A DNA stretch of 33,036 nucleotides from Nemertoderma westbladi. Lineage: Eukaryota > Animalia > Xenacoelomorpha. Within the stretch, counting starts at the first letter, position 1. Every line of letters begins with the position of its first letter. The DNA lies in NCBI GenBank assembly GCA_032718475.1, contig JAUCBJ010008174.1, positions 1-33,036 on the forward strand, read 5' to 3'. The notes beneath the pieces are model-generated. The model made no database searches. It was not told where the DNA came from and worked only from the letters and a program-made list of their open reading frames with translations. Shown one piece after another: positions 22,371-33,036 of the stretch. A program made the translations under genes and the position numbers.

Positions 22371-22765
22371 ATATTTATTTATTTATCAAGCACGTTAAGT
22401 AAAAAACCTTACGGTAGGTGTGTCAGTACCAAAGGTATGTAAAAAACTAAAAAGCAACAAGACCTAGACGTTGCATGCAATCAGTGATCAGCTGACGGCA
22501 GCCAGCTGATCGGTACAGTAGGTTTCGCCCCGCAGCTGAAGGCATTCTCAGGAGGCCAAGTCAGGAATTGTAGAGATTCCGTTTTTGAATGTAATACATT
22601 TCAAGCTTTTGCAAGACTGGCCGCCGATCAGCTGGCTGCTGTAAGCTGATCACTGATTGCATGAACGTTTAGGTCATGTTGCTTTTTAGTTTTTTGCATA
22701 CTTTGGTACTAACACACCTACCGTAAAATTTTTTAGTTAACGGGCTTGATAAGTAAATAAATATA
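22371..22765. mobile_element. Inverted copy of the foldback/MITE at 3841-4234
   Basis: Same long TIRs and spacer. Confidence 0.8.
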
Positions 22766-23244
22766 ATTCGTTATAATTTCTTAAATTGTTCCTACAGTAT
22801 TTACAGCCAAGTAGTACCGGTACCTCGTAAAATAATATTTCCAAAATAAATAAATTTGAGTCATTCTGACAAACTGTATTTTATTACACACACATTGATT
22901 CCGGGTTACAACTAATAAGCAATCAATGACAAATTCTCGTTGATTTTATGGATAATAATAGTTATGTTATGTTATGTTATTAATGACGCCAGAGTAACAA
23001 TATGTTCATGATTGCACCTTTAAATTTAGAGATACTGCATACACACATATCTGGTAAAAGTACGCTAATCAGCGTATACGAAGATAAAAATATCACATTG
23101 TAATAATTAAAAATATACGAATAGTACATAGGCCTACAGTATTTAAAAGTGAATGTAAAATGGGAAGTATACAGTACGTACGTAATAAAATCAATTGTAA
23201 TGAAAAGTTATATTTGGGGTACAGTAGCTACCACCCCAAAGTTT

Positions 23245-23874
23245 TCATATGTCAGGTCAGTCAGAGAAGGGACAAGGCGAGTGGCACGGTGTTGCACTTG
23301 TTCAAGGGTGTCAATATCATACTGAAGGTACGGTGACCAGACTACTGTACCATTTTCGAGAAGAGGCCGTAAATGGGATTTGTACAACAGGGTGAACATT
23401 GGAGTTTCTAAAAAGGTAAAAGTTCCACGTATTAGATGGACGAATCGCATGGCGCGGGCTGCTGTCTGTGAGCAGTGAGTTGTGAAGGACATGTCTGATG
23501 TGAATGTTATACCCAAATCACGTTCCTCGGTTACTGTTGTTGAAAGTGACCGTCCATTCATTGCATAAGCAACTTTGGGATTTCTAGAACCTACTGTAGA
23601 TGCATCACCTTGCACTTGGAATCATTGAACTGCAATTTCCAGCGGTTACGCCATTCAACTAGTCTATCAAGATCAGTCTGTAGGGCCTGTATGTCAGTTG
23701 CGTCAAATATGTCCCTGTAGAGTTTAGTATCATCAACGAAAATCTTGCACAGGGATGAAACAATGGAAGGCACATCATTGACGAAAGCAAGAAAGAGAAA
23801 GGCTGCAGTGACAGTTCCTTGGGGCACACCACTGGTAACAGCTATAGGAGTACTGAGAACACCATCTACCCTGA
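23245..23874 (-). pseudogene. Duplicated CR1 RT C-terminal fragment
   Basis: SGVPQG, FVDDTKLYRDI..LQTDLDRLVEW, ERDLG, LYKSHLRPLLE; fewer lesions than the left copy. Confidence 0.9.
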
Positions 23875-24603
23875 TTGCGCCAAATGGTAGGTTCTGGCCA
23901 TGTGCCTGTGGCACTAGTTCCCTTGACCCAAAAATTAAAATTTTGGTATCTAACTAAGTTTGGACCCATTTGATGACATTTGATGCATGCAGGAAGTTCT
24001 TTTTTGAGTCATTAATCTTTCATCAATGTGTTATATTGTTATACATTTCATTATGGTGCATCGCGATGGCACAAAACTTTCAACCCTCTTGGGATCCGTG
24101 AAAATATAGATGAAATTTAAAGACATTTTTTTGCCTCATTTTTTTACCATTTGGCAACTTTTGTGCACCGGTAGAACAATGAAATCGGAAAAAAGTAAAA
24201 AACGCACCGCCCTACTACTTAGTCGATCTAATTCAAAATCGATATTATATAATTGTTTCATTTTATTGTTTACAGCTTCCTGCATGGCTTGCAGGTTTAG
24301 TGAGGACTCGTTTACTCTTTCCCTATAAAGGGAGTCCTCTTTCGCCCGGGCGACCTTTTTATTCGCCCCTGTGGGCCCCATGTCCACCACCGACTCAACC
24401 GAGCCGATGGACACGGCCGGCCATAAGGAAGCATGGTGTCCATCACGAGAATCGGTGATGGTCTAGCTAGGGCCAAAGTTTGAGTGTTATGAGGATGGGC
24501 GAAGGCGGTACTAGACATTCTGTCCGCCAGTAAGGGGGTTGGTCGCACCTGTTTGGGTCGAACAGTGGGCGTAACTATTCGGTCTCTATATACTGTAGAA
24601 GTT

Positions 24604-24700
24604 TTAACCCTATTAGTACCGGGCTATAAAATGTTGTACAAATACCGGGAGGGGGTCATATTGACCCCCCCCCCCCCCCCCCCTCTAAAATCTACAAATA
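24604..24700 (+). mobile_element. piggyBac-like non-autonomous element left end
   Basis: TTAA|CCCT start followed by the subterminal palindrome GGGGGTCA-TAT-TGACCCCC (24651-24669). No matching AGGGTTAA end found in the window. Confidence 0.5.
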
Positions 24701-25130
24701 TTTACGAAAACGTCTGATTTTTTGTTTGTACGTAGGTATCACTTGTCTGGATCCGACCGAAAAAAGAAATTTTCGAAAAAATGTACTGGGGTGGTTATAT
24801 TGCAGCACCAAAATTACAAGTAGTGCACAATTTTCACAAAATTTGAAAGTTACATTTTCGGCTAATTATTTTTCAATACAGGTTTTTTGGGGTGCAAAAT
24901 ACATTGGAAAATATTTAAAAATGATATGATTACTATAAATGGCTGTTTAGTCCTCTCTGCGTAGGAAAAACAAAGTAACCAGCACTTTTCAGTTAGAACA
25001 CAAAATTTTTAATTCACTTATACGATGCTATAAATTCACATTTTCAGGTTTTCGAGGGCGCTGATTCTAATGGAATACATTTCTAATATGCCAGATCATT
25101 GCTACTTGTATTTTTCGGCGTAATTTAGCA

Positions 25131-25512
25131 AATTTTGGTGCTAGCACCAAATTTCGTACCCATCACCAAAAAGTACAAGTTTGCGATGTCCAGTGCTGTT
25201 TTTATTGATTCCATCGGATTCAGGACCCTCATAAACCCGTATAACGCAAGAAACAAGGTGATACTATCTACTTATCAATTTGCATATTTTCCAAAATTTG
25301 GTGCTGGCACAACAATTTTCACCCACCGGCGAAAAATACAAGTTTGAGAACTCTTATGAAATTTTGACTGATTCCATTGAATTCAGAACCATCACAAACC
25401 CGTATAACGCAAGAAACAAGGTGATACAATCAATTGATATATTTGATGGTTTTCAAAATTTGGTGCTAGCACCACATTTTGCACCCACATCCGAAAAATA
25501 CAAGTTTGAGAT
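25131..25512. repeat. 163-bp tandem repeat, ~2.3 copies
   Basis: AAACCCGTATAACGCAAGAAACAAGGTGATAC at 25233 and 25396; TTTGGTGCT occurs three times at the same period. Confidence 0.85.
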
Positions 25513-25770
25513 TGTTGAAGCAAATCGATTGTTATACTTACAGTATATTGTCAACATTTATATTTTTTGTTCACAGCAGTGTTTAATGCAATTTATATTT
25601 AAATTTACCGCTGTGCAATTATTTTTCTTTATGGCTTGTGATTTCTTGCCGCTCATTGGCTCTTTTAAAGAGTGAATGGGATTTTGAGAGCTAGAGAGGA
25701 CGTGGTGCAGAGGAAGGGCTGGATAGGCCAGGGCATAAGCATAAAACCACGGTACTACAGTACTACATAC

Positions 25771-26600
25771 TGTAACGGTATCCTGTCTGCCTGTCTAATT
25801 ATTGTGCTGTGTTATGGATATGCGGTAAGAAGACCAGAAGGGCCTTCAAATCTATGTTTTTTATGAGGATGTACATCAATCTGTAAATTTGTGTAAATTC
25901 AACCTACTGAACTAAGGAATTGCATAATTATTCTGATATATTATTATACCTACTGACTGGAAGCTGACGCTTACTTTCTTTTCGACATTCAGTCAGACAC
26001 CTTACAGCCTTATCTGTTCTGTGTTCCCGAAAGTTTAGCTAGGTCCGCTAATTACTAAACTTAGCGCAGCTCATGGGTGTAATTTCTGCCCCGATTTATG
26101 ATTTCTGGCTGTAGCGATATTTTCGGTCAGCTCATAGAGTCACTAATCTTACAGTATCAGCATACACTTACCGGCAGACCGGTAATTATTCATCTATTTG
26201 AGTAAAGGACGGGTCGAACTACTACCAATTACAGGTAACAAACGGATCCATAATTAATTGTATACTGTCTGACTGTGGAAATGGTAAGTTCCTTTATTGT
26301 TTGACTTGGTTTGTGAGTAGCAGGTGTCTCCTGCATTCCTATGTGAATGAACGGTTGTTTTCTTGATGTTTCCCTCCATAACGCCTTTGTTTGTGTGATC
26401 AAAATGTAGATAATAAATTGTTGGTCTTCAAATTACCGCTACCGCATATCTTCATATCGAGTGACGTCCCAAGGTTGGGTCTTTCTTACTTGCGGTAACA
26501 ATAAAAAACATTAAATACAAGGCTTACCAGTACCGGCATCATACACATTTACAAGGACTGCACACATCCCTTTGCTGATGTTTTGCAGTTTGTGTGAACA
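25771..26600 (+). repeat. Possible 5' LTR of the second BEL/Pao element (boundaries unverified)
   Basis: TGTAAC start at 25771, GTAAGT donor-like site at ~26284, AATAAA at ~26412 and ~26499, upstream of gag-pol. The partner LTR would lie outside the window. Confidence 0.25.
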
Positions 26601-26817
26601 GGTGAATGAAAATTAATATAGGCCTATAGATCTTGCAGATGCGCACCGCGCACAGCATTATCTAGGGTTGATTAACTTGTCGCTGTCGGTGGGTAGTGTA
26701 ATTGTAATTTAACAAGTTTTGTTATTGCTGTAGCCTGTAGGTCAGTAGGTATTGTTCAGGTATCGTACTTCCTGTACTTTAAATAGGCCTATATACCACC
26801 ACCATATACCGGTATTC

Positions 26818-27260
26818 TGACGCCTATTCATTTAGGTATTCCTGTACTACAGTAGTATAGTGTATCTTGTACTGTTTAATTTGATGCCTAATTATATACG
26901 GTAGGTCTGCATACTACAGTACTAGGCCTATATCTGTATATGCTATATGCTGTGCTGTATGGACTTGACTTGACGCCTATTTTCTTATGATCTTAGGTAT
27001 ACATATATTTGATGCCAAATTATACAATTATAATTAGGTCTACATACATATTTTGACGCCTATCAATGTAGGTATACCCGTACTTCAGTATTATAGTACC
27101 CTTTAAATTGATGCCTATTTATTTAGGTCTGCATACTATATGCTGCATGTACCTTACTTTGATGCCTAATTTCTTCTGACATTAGGTATACATATATTCG
27201 ATGCCAAATTATTTAAATGTAATTAGGTCTGCATCCATATTTGATGCCTATTAATTTAGT
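26818..27260 (+). repeat. Degenerate array of 9 TGAYGCCTA-[variable AT loop]-TAGGT units with a 4-monomer higher-order period
   Basis: Units at 26818, 26882, 26971, 27010, 27054, 27109, 27160, 27199 and 27242. Confidence 0.8.
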
Positions 27261-27932
27261 TATACTATACAGTAGATAGGTCTATTGTGTCCATAAACTT
27301 TCTATCAGTACTCGCTTTATTTGAATCTGCACACTTACAAACGTATAGTTTGTTTGAAATACTGTAGGTTTACACCCGGCGGGAGTGTATAGCTGATATA
27401 GTTTAGCTATATAGTTTTAGTTATTACTAGTTTAGATAGCTATATAGTTTATTTACTAGTTCAACCCCATGAAATATTAAATTGTATTGTATCATTGTAT
27501 TTTAATGTAATGTCCTGAGATGCTGTGAAAGATGATCTATTTGTATGATTCGCGGCTAAATATGGATATATATAGGTTGTAATTTGTAGGTAATAAAAGG
27601 CTGAGTTATAGGCCTACTGTACATAAGTATAGAACTTCAGTAAGATTGAGGGTTCGCCTTCGGTTATTTAATATTATAAATATATGTCAGTACATATTAA
27701 GCTGTATAATTATTTAATGCAGGTAGTTATTACGTTCCTTTGGTTTGATCTCTGTTGTACTTTCTATAGATTCACTGTATATTATATACCGGTACCACTG
27801 TATAATATTATATATATTATATATATATTCTCACTGAAACTCTAATTCTAATATACCTGTTCTCTATACATATCGTTGTATTATAATTATACATAGTATT
27901 GTATTATCATATAATGCTTAAATAACTTAACC

Positions 27933-30900
27933 ATGTCAATACCAGGTAATACTGAAACCCCGAGTCCAAATAATTTGGCAACTGCTTCCTCTGGGGATAT
28001 GCATAGTGTAATTAACCTTGATCAAACTGTAATGCATATGTCGGGTAATTCTCAGGCATCTGATGATGAGTACCAAATGTGTTCGGAAATATCGTCACAT
28101 CCCTCTAATCTTTCTGATAAAGAAATTTATGGGTTTAGTAAGCGAGAAGCTATAAAAATATATGGGTATGATCCCACAGATAATAGTCCAGAAACGTTGA
28201 TGAAGCTGGGGATTCCAACTGGCACTGATGAACGCCAATTAAAACAGTCTTTGTCTGCATTTCGTGGACATGTTTCTAGAACAGTCAATGCTATTCATAA
28301 AAGCTGCAGCGGTGTAGTTCCTTCTAGTTATGAAAATATTAATCTTTGGCTGAATGAATCTAATGAAATTCGCATTCGATGGTTGGTTACATGTAATGCA
28401 TTTAATAATGTAATTATTTCTCGTGGTTTGTCAGCATTGACTCCTACTGTTGACATATCTCGGACTACAGGCCTACAAATAATAAGCCAGTTGAATGAGA
28501 GGTTAAATGTTTTGTTACGTCCTCAGAGGATGTCAGACGAAGGGAGAACATTCCCACCCAAGGGTCAAGCAATGTTAAATAAACAATCACAATCAAGGGA
28601 ACTATCTCAGAGTTCGAAGGCTACATCACGGAGGTCAATATCCAGTGAAACTCGGCGAATCTTACAGCAGATAGGAGAACAGGAACGGAAAGCTGATGAG
28701 CAATTACTTCATGACCAAATTGAAGCCTCTAAACAATTCCAAGAATTGCAGGATGGCGTTGAAGATGAACTGAAAAGGGCTGAAACCATAAAAAGAGAAG
28801 AAGAATTAAAACAGCAAATACTGGAAGCAGCAAAAAGGGCAGAAATGGAAAAAAGAATACAGGAAGAATTGGAAAAGAAACAAAAATTAGAGACACAAAA
28901 ATTACGAATTCTACGAGACCAACGTGAAGCAGCAGAGAATTTGAAAAAACAGTTACATCTTCAAAGGCAACATGTTATTGCCAAAGAGATGGAGCGTCAA
29001 TATAGAACCGATTCTGCCTCTAGCCGTTATAGTAAACCTTCAAATAATGGAAGTAATGTTAATGAAAGATGTAATAGTGTTTCTGTTCCTGCTCCTGAGC
29101 CGAATAGTGAATTGGATAGGGCTTATAATGAAACACAGCCAAAATCTATGTCCACAGCTTCAACCTCCCAAGGTCGATTAGTAACTACTACTGAAATATT
29201 AGGAGGAATGTCAAACTTTTCTAGGGTTCAGGTCTCTACCCCATCGCCGCAAACTACAATTAATATTGATACTCAACACCCTTCTGTTTCTGGAGTTATA
29301 GCTGGTGAAGTTCAGATGCTACATGATGATAATTATGCAGTACCCTCCAGTCATATCCAGGTAAGTAAGGGGTTACCATCACTATCTAAACATTCAGTGA
29401 CTGCAAGTGTTAGTGTGCCAACTATTCCACTAATGGCTTCATCATCTGCTGTGAAAGATAAAATGGAGTCTCTTGTTGTCACTCTTACAACAAACCATCA
29501 TCCCAGTAATCCGATATCACAATTTACACACCAGGAAATTAAAGAAATTCCCAGGCAACTCCCAGTTGATACATCCAGAAAACCAAATTTCTTTGATCAC
29601 CTTCGTCCTGTACCATCAACCTTACGTCCATCATATCCTAACAAGGAATTTCCACCTCATTCTGTAAGTTTTAATCCTTATACATCAGTTGCAGGCCAAA
29701 ATTATAGTAATACAATCCCTATACAACGACCACATTCAGGTTATATGCCGTATCAAGAAGCATATTTCCCCGGTCTGAATTCGTCAAACCGATCCCCAAG
29801 ATATCCTTCACATTCACCTGCCTTCCATTCTACTGGAATTTATCCCGAAGAATCTACAAATTATGACCCCTTTGTAGGTGGTAGTGAGAGACCAATTGGG
29901 GATTATGGTGGTGAAACTCATTACAATTATTCAGAATTTGATAATATTCAATTAAAAACTAATGATGCGAAAAGAGGATTATATTCTGTAATTAATGATA
30001 CTAAGAATGCAAAACAACAGTTAAGTTCTATCAGGGAAGAATTAGAAGCTGAACGAATGGAACTGGCTCGTATGAAGGATTCTATAAATATTCAAAGAAT
30101 GGAACAGGTTCAAGAGAGACATGAGTCATCTCATCCTCCTCCTCAGCCAATGTTTGCAAAGAAAAGTATTCTAAAACCAACTGAAAAATTTGAAATAACA
30201 TCACATGAGAAGGACAAATTAGAACATCCTGATAATATTGTAGCAGATTGTGATTCTGAACTTCCAAATGAGTTTATATCGAATTTCAGTTCCAGCCATC
30301 TTAATAGAACCGACCCAAATCTTAGTTTGGCAAGGGTTTTTTCTCGGATGGATGCCAGACAATCATCAGTTTTAGATCCTCATTTGAAGTTTGATGGAGA
30401 TCCACTTAAGTATCTTGCCTTTGAAAATCATTGCAAAACATCTTTCACTGATGTACCTCTGACTGATAGTGAACGATTGAATAATCTGATAAAAATGTTA
30501 GAAGGGACTCCAAAGGAATTAGCTTTGTGCCAAATTGGTATACCAAATGGATTTAAGATCGCATGGGAACAATTGAAAGAGCGATATGGAAATAAGGCCA
30601 CGATAGCTACATCTATGATTGAGAATCTTCTTACCGATGGTAAACAGGTTTCTTATGGATATTCATTGGTCAAATATGCAGACAATATAGATCGTGTTTC
30701 AAACCAACTAAAGTTATTAGATCAAGAAAGCCAACTTGACCAAAGAATAATTATTAACTGTTTAGTTGCTAAATTCCCTGAAAAGGTAAAGCTAGATTGG
30801 TTGAAATACGAGATGAACTTAAAATCAAAATCTAATAAAGGTAAAGAAATAAATCTACGAGATTTACGTGATTACCTAAATAGACAGAGAGAGATATGGA

Positions 30901-33036
30901 ATCTTGGGAGACAGTATAATACTCAACTTCCAGGAAAGTATAGTAATAGTCGACAGACCCCAGATAAGGTAAGGAGAACAGCTGAAGTTGGTTCAGAATC
31001 TGAAGGTTTCCCAGTAAGTGATGGATTTGACTGTGATGTAAATGATGAATCTGTTGTGAGGGCAATAAAGTCAAAGTCAAAAGTAAATTCTGCATTGTCG
31101 TCGAACCAGAAACATACATTTGACACATTAGTGAGACAGGTGATATCAGCTAACAAGGAAACTATTGACAATCCTGCAAATACTCTTCATAAAAACAGTG
31201 CATATTTCCCTTGTTCACGCTGCAAATCTCATGAACACCCTATTTATAAATGTGCTGAATATAGACAAGATTCACTGCAGAAGCGTCGAGAATGGTCTAA
31301 AGATAATAAACTCTGTTTTAACTGCCTTTCTGTTGGACATCGTAGAGATAAATGTCGCAGTAATATTCGATGTAAAGTGTGTAGCAGAAAACATCATACA
31401 CTCTTGCATGATAAAAACTTCTCCAAAGATCAAGAGCGAGAAATAGAAAGAATTCGTTATACATATGATATTGATGAAGATTTATCGATGGACAACTTTG
31501 AAGATGGTGAATTTGAGGATTCAGTCATTCCCGAGAGTGTCATGCGAGCACTTGAAAAGGGGGCACACTCCTTGAATAATACTATGAAAGCATTTGATAT
31601 AATTCAGGTACTTGTAAAAGGTGATAAAGGAAGTAAGATTGTTTATGCGCTTCTTGATGGTGGGAGTTCTAGGACCTTTATTGATGCAAAACTTGCCCAG
31701 GAACTATTTTCTACTTATGATTCAACCACCTTTAGAGCTTTGGGTTTTCTAAATATCTGGAATACTACATTGGCTACCAATTGTGCTAGAGGTTTTTTAT
31801 CAGCAGTAGATGGGGATATAGAATATTCTACTAAATTTACCTTTATTGATAATTTCACAGACACAAACTCTGTACCCTATGATTGGTCAAATGATTCCTT
31901 ACGATTGACATATGATATTCCATATTACCCTGTAGAGTATACTGGAATTCCTATTCTTATAGGCAAAGACCTGTTTGAGGCTCATGAACAGATCGAAAAG
32001 CGCCCGGCAGACCCTGGACCTCTAGAAGATAGAGCTATTCGCACAAGACTTGGTTGGTTCTTTAGTGGACCATGTATTAAAACAGTGGAGGAAAGGGAAC
32101 AATATCCGACAAGATGTATAGATTCAAATGAGGTTCGAGATAAAGTGGAACTTTCTACCAGTGACTCCGAAAGTGCTAATGATGAGGTTGACCATATTTT
32201 TAGGATCAAGGAAGATTTTCTTATGGATAACCTGCAAACTGATACTCTAAATAAACCTAACTCAGCTGAAGAATTATTGTTTAATAAAACTATTAGTCTA
32301 GAATTTAATTCAATTGATAAGATTAGAAACATACTGGAAAAATTGGAAACTACAGAAAGTATTGATGATCAATATAGAATTAGAGACCATCTTTTTGATA
32401 TTATTCAATCTGAGGCTGAATTGAATCAAGCTGCTCGCAAATGGATAGATGGAGATATTGTAGAAAATAATTCAAACCAATTAGCCCTTTCAACAAAGGA
32501 ACTCAGAGCTATAGAGATTCAGCGCTCAACTATAAAACAATTACCTGATAAACACTATGAAGTAGGGTTATTATGGAAAGATGCACTACCTCAATTATAC
32601 AATAATCGTAGCTTGGCAGAACAATGTGCTGAATCTCTAAAAAGAAGGCTAAGTAAGGATGATAACCTACGAATCATGTATACGGAACAGATGGACAAGT
32701 GTATAAATAATGGATTTGCGGAAATAGTCCCTGATGATGAGTTGTATCGTAATGATGGTCTTGTATATTACCTTCCTCATCATCCAGTGATCAGACCTGA
32801 CAAACCAGGAAAGGTTCGCGTTGTATATAACTGTGCAGCTACATTTAAAGGGCAATCCCTAAATTCTGAAATTATGCCTGGCCCTAACCTTTTACGTTCT
32901 CTTCATGGTATACTTCTTCGTTTCCGCCAGTTTGATATTGCAACAACTTCTGATATCGAGGGGATGTTCCTCCAAGTAAAAGTACTTGAACGTGAAAAGG
33001 ACTGCTTACGTTTTCTGTGGTGGCCGGGTGGACGAT
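27933..33036 (+). CDS. BEL/Pao gag-pol polyprotein, 3'-partial (>1700 aa)
   Basis: CCATGT start. In one frame: LSAFRGHVSR, coiled coil, KFDGDPLKYLAF (DUF1759-like), CSRCKSHEHPIYKC / CFNCLSVGHRRDKC / CKVCSRKHHTLLH, protease YALLDGGSSRTFI, RT YYLPHHPV..KVRVVYNCAA..GPNL..LLRFR..DIEGMFLQV..LRFLWW. The frame is the same at start and end, and the ORF track lists no stop-terminated ORF in it. Confidence 0.93.
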   Translation, partial: MSIPGNTETPSPNNLATASSGDMHSVINLDQTVMHMSGNSQASDDEYQMCSEISSHPSNLSDKEIYGFSKREAIKIYGYDPTDNSPETLMKLGIPTGTDERQLKQSLSAFRGHVSRTVNAIHKSCSGVVPSSYENINLWLNESNEIRIRWLVTCNAFNNVIISRGLSALTPTVDISRTTGLQIISQLNERLNVLLRPQRMSDEGRTFPPKGQAMLNKQSQSRELSQSSKATSRRSISSETRRILQQIGEQERKADEQLLHDQIEASKQFQELQDGVEDELKRAETIKREEELKQQILEAAKRAEMEKRIQEELEKKQKLETQKLRILRDQREAAENLKKQLHLQRQHVIAKEMERQYRTDSASSRYSKPSNNGSNVNERCNSVSVPAPEPNSELDRAYNETQPKSMSTASTSQGRLVTTTEILGGMSNFSRVQVSTPSPQTTINIDTQHPSVSGVIAGEVQMLHDDNYAVPSSHIQVSKGLPSLSKHSVTASVSVPTIPLMASSSAVKDKMESLVVTLTTNHHPSNPISQFTHQEIKEIPRQLPVDTSRKPNFFDHLRPVPSTLRPSYPNKEFPPHSVSFNPYTSVAGQNYSNTIPIQRPHSGYMPYQEAYFPGLNSSNRSPRYPSHSPAFHSTGIYPEESTNYDPFVGGSERPIGDYGGETHYNYSEFDNIQLKTNDAKRGLYSVINDTKNAKQQLSSIREELEAERMELARMKDSINIQRMEQVQERHESSHPPPQPMFAKKSILKPTEKFEITSHEKDKLEHPDNIVADCDSELPNEFISNFSSSHLNRTDPNLSLARVFSRMDARQSSVLDPHLKFDGDPLKYLAFENHCKTSFTDVPLTDSERLNNLIKMLEGTPKELALCQIGIPNGFKIAWEQLKERYGNKATIATSMIENLLTDGKQVSYGYSLVKYADNIDRVSNQLKLLDQESQLDQRIIINCLVAKFPEKVKLDWLKYEMNLKSKSNKGKEINLRDLRDYLNRQREIWNLGRQYNTQLPGKYSNSRQTPDKVRRTAEVGSESEGFPVSDGFDCDVNDESVVRAIKSKSKVNSALSSNQKHTFDTLVRQVISANKETIDNPANTLHKNSAYFPCSRCKSHEHPIYKCAEYRQDSLQKRREWSKDNKLCFNCLSVGHRRDKCRSNIRCKVCSRKHHTLLHDKNFSKDQEREIERIRYTYDIDEDLSMDNFEDGEFEDSVIPESVMRALEKGAHSLNNTMKAFDIIQVLVKGDKGSKIVYALLDGGSSRTFIDAKLAQELFSTYDSTTFRALGFLNIWNTTLATNCARGFLSAVDGDIEYSTKFTFIDNFTDTNSVPYDWSNDSLRLTYDIPYYPVEYTGIPILIGKDLFEAHEQIEKRPADPGPLEDRAIRTRLGWFFSGPCIKTVEEREQYPTRCIDSNEVRDKVELSTSDSESANDEVDHIFRIKEDFLMDNLQTDTLNKPNSAEELLFNKTISLEFNSIDKIRNILEKLETTESIDDQYRIRDHLFDIIQSEAELNQAARKWIDGDIVENNSNQLALSTKELRAIEIQRSTIKQLPDKHYEVGLLWKDALPQLYNNRSLAEQCAESLKRRLSKDDNLRIMYTEQMDKCINNGFAEIVPDDELYRNDGLVYYLPHHPVIRPDKPGKVRVVYNCAATFKGQSLNSEIMPGPNLLRSLHGILLRFRQFDIATTSDIEGMFLQVKVLEREKDCLRFLWWPGGR

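Larger units (their letters stand above)
21925..23874 (-). repeat. Right arm, outer part of the inverted duplication
   Basis: Reverse complement of 2681-4679, ~97% identical where compared, and lacking ~75 bp present at ~3575-3650. Confidence 0.95.

Noticed and set aside
2681-23874. One giant TIR transposon (Maverick/foldback type) carrying cargo
   Set aside because: The arms are made of unrelated TE debris, the left arm continues seamlessly into the CR1 5' part, and there is no TSD or transposase/polB
24136-24590. Possible coding fragment on the minus strand (ORFs 24136-24414 and 24312-24548)
   Set aside because: GC-richer and protein-like, but short, split across frames and without a recognisable domain
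26422-26440. TGGTCTTCA as the tRNA-Tyr-like PBS of the second element
   Set aside because: Only a partial match, and not preceded by a CA LTR end

Overview
Transposon-dense window from a eukaryotic, probably invertebrate, genome. I found no host gene. (1) A decayed CR1-type LINE, a foldback MITE, an RTE-type LINE tail and a second LINE RT lie in a ~3.6 kb block (2681-6303). This block is duplicated in inverted orientation (7291-8922 plus 21925-23874) around a ~1 kb spacer. (2) A full-length 13 kb BEL/Pao LTR retrotransposon (8923-21924, minus strand, 5-bp TSD TAATT, empty site visible in the other arm) is inserted in the right arm. It has an unusually long repeat-rich gag and a disrupted PR-RT-RH-IN pol. 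After integrase come a 9-copy stem-loop array and an extra non-env ORF with three CCHC zinc knuckles. It has no recognisable tRNA primer-binding site, and an 18-nt tract near its PPT is complementary to both LTR ends. (3) A piggyBac-like end and a 163-bp tandem repeat follow. (4) A second, apparently intact BEL/Pao gag-pol ORF (27933 to the window end, absent from the ORF track) has its own 9-unit stem-loop array upstream. All comparisons were made by eye, so percentages are approximate.
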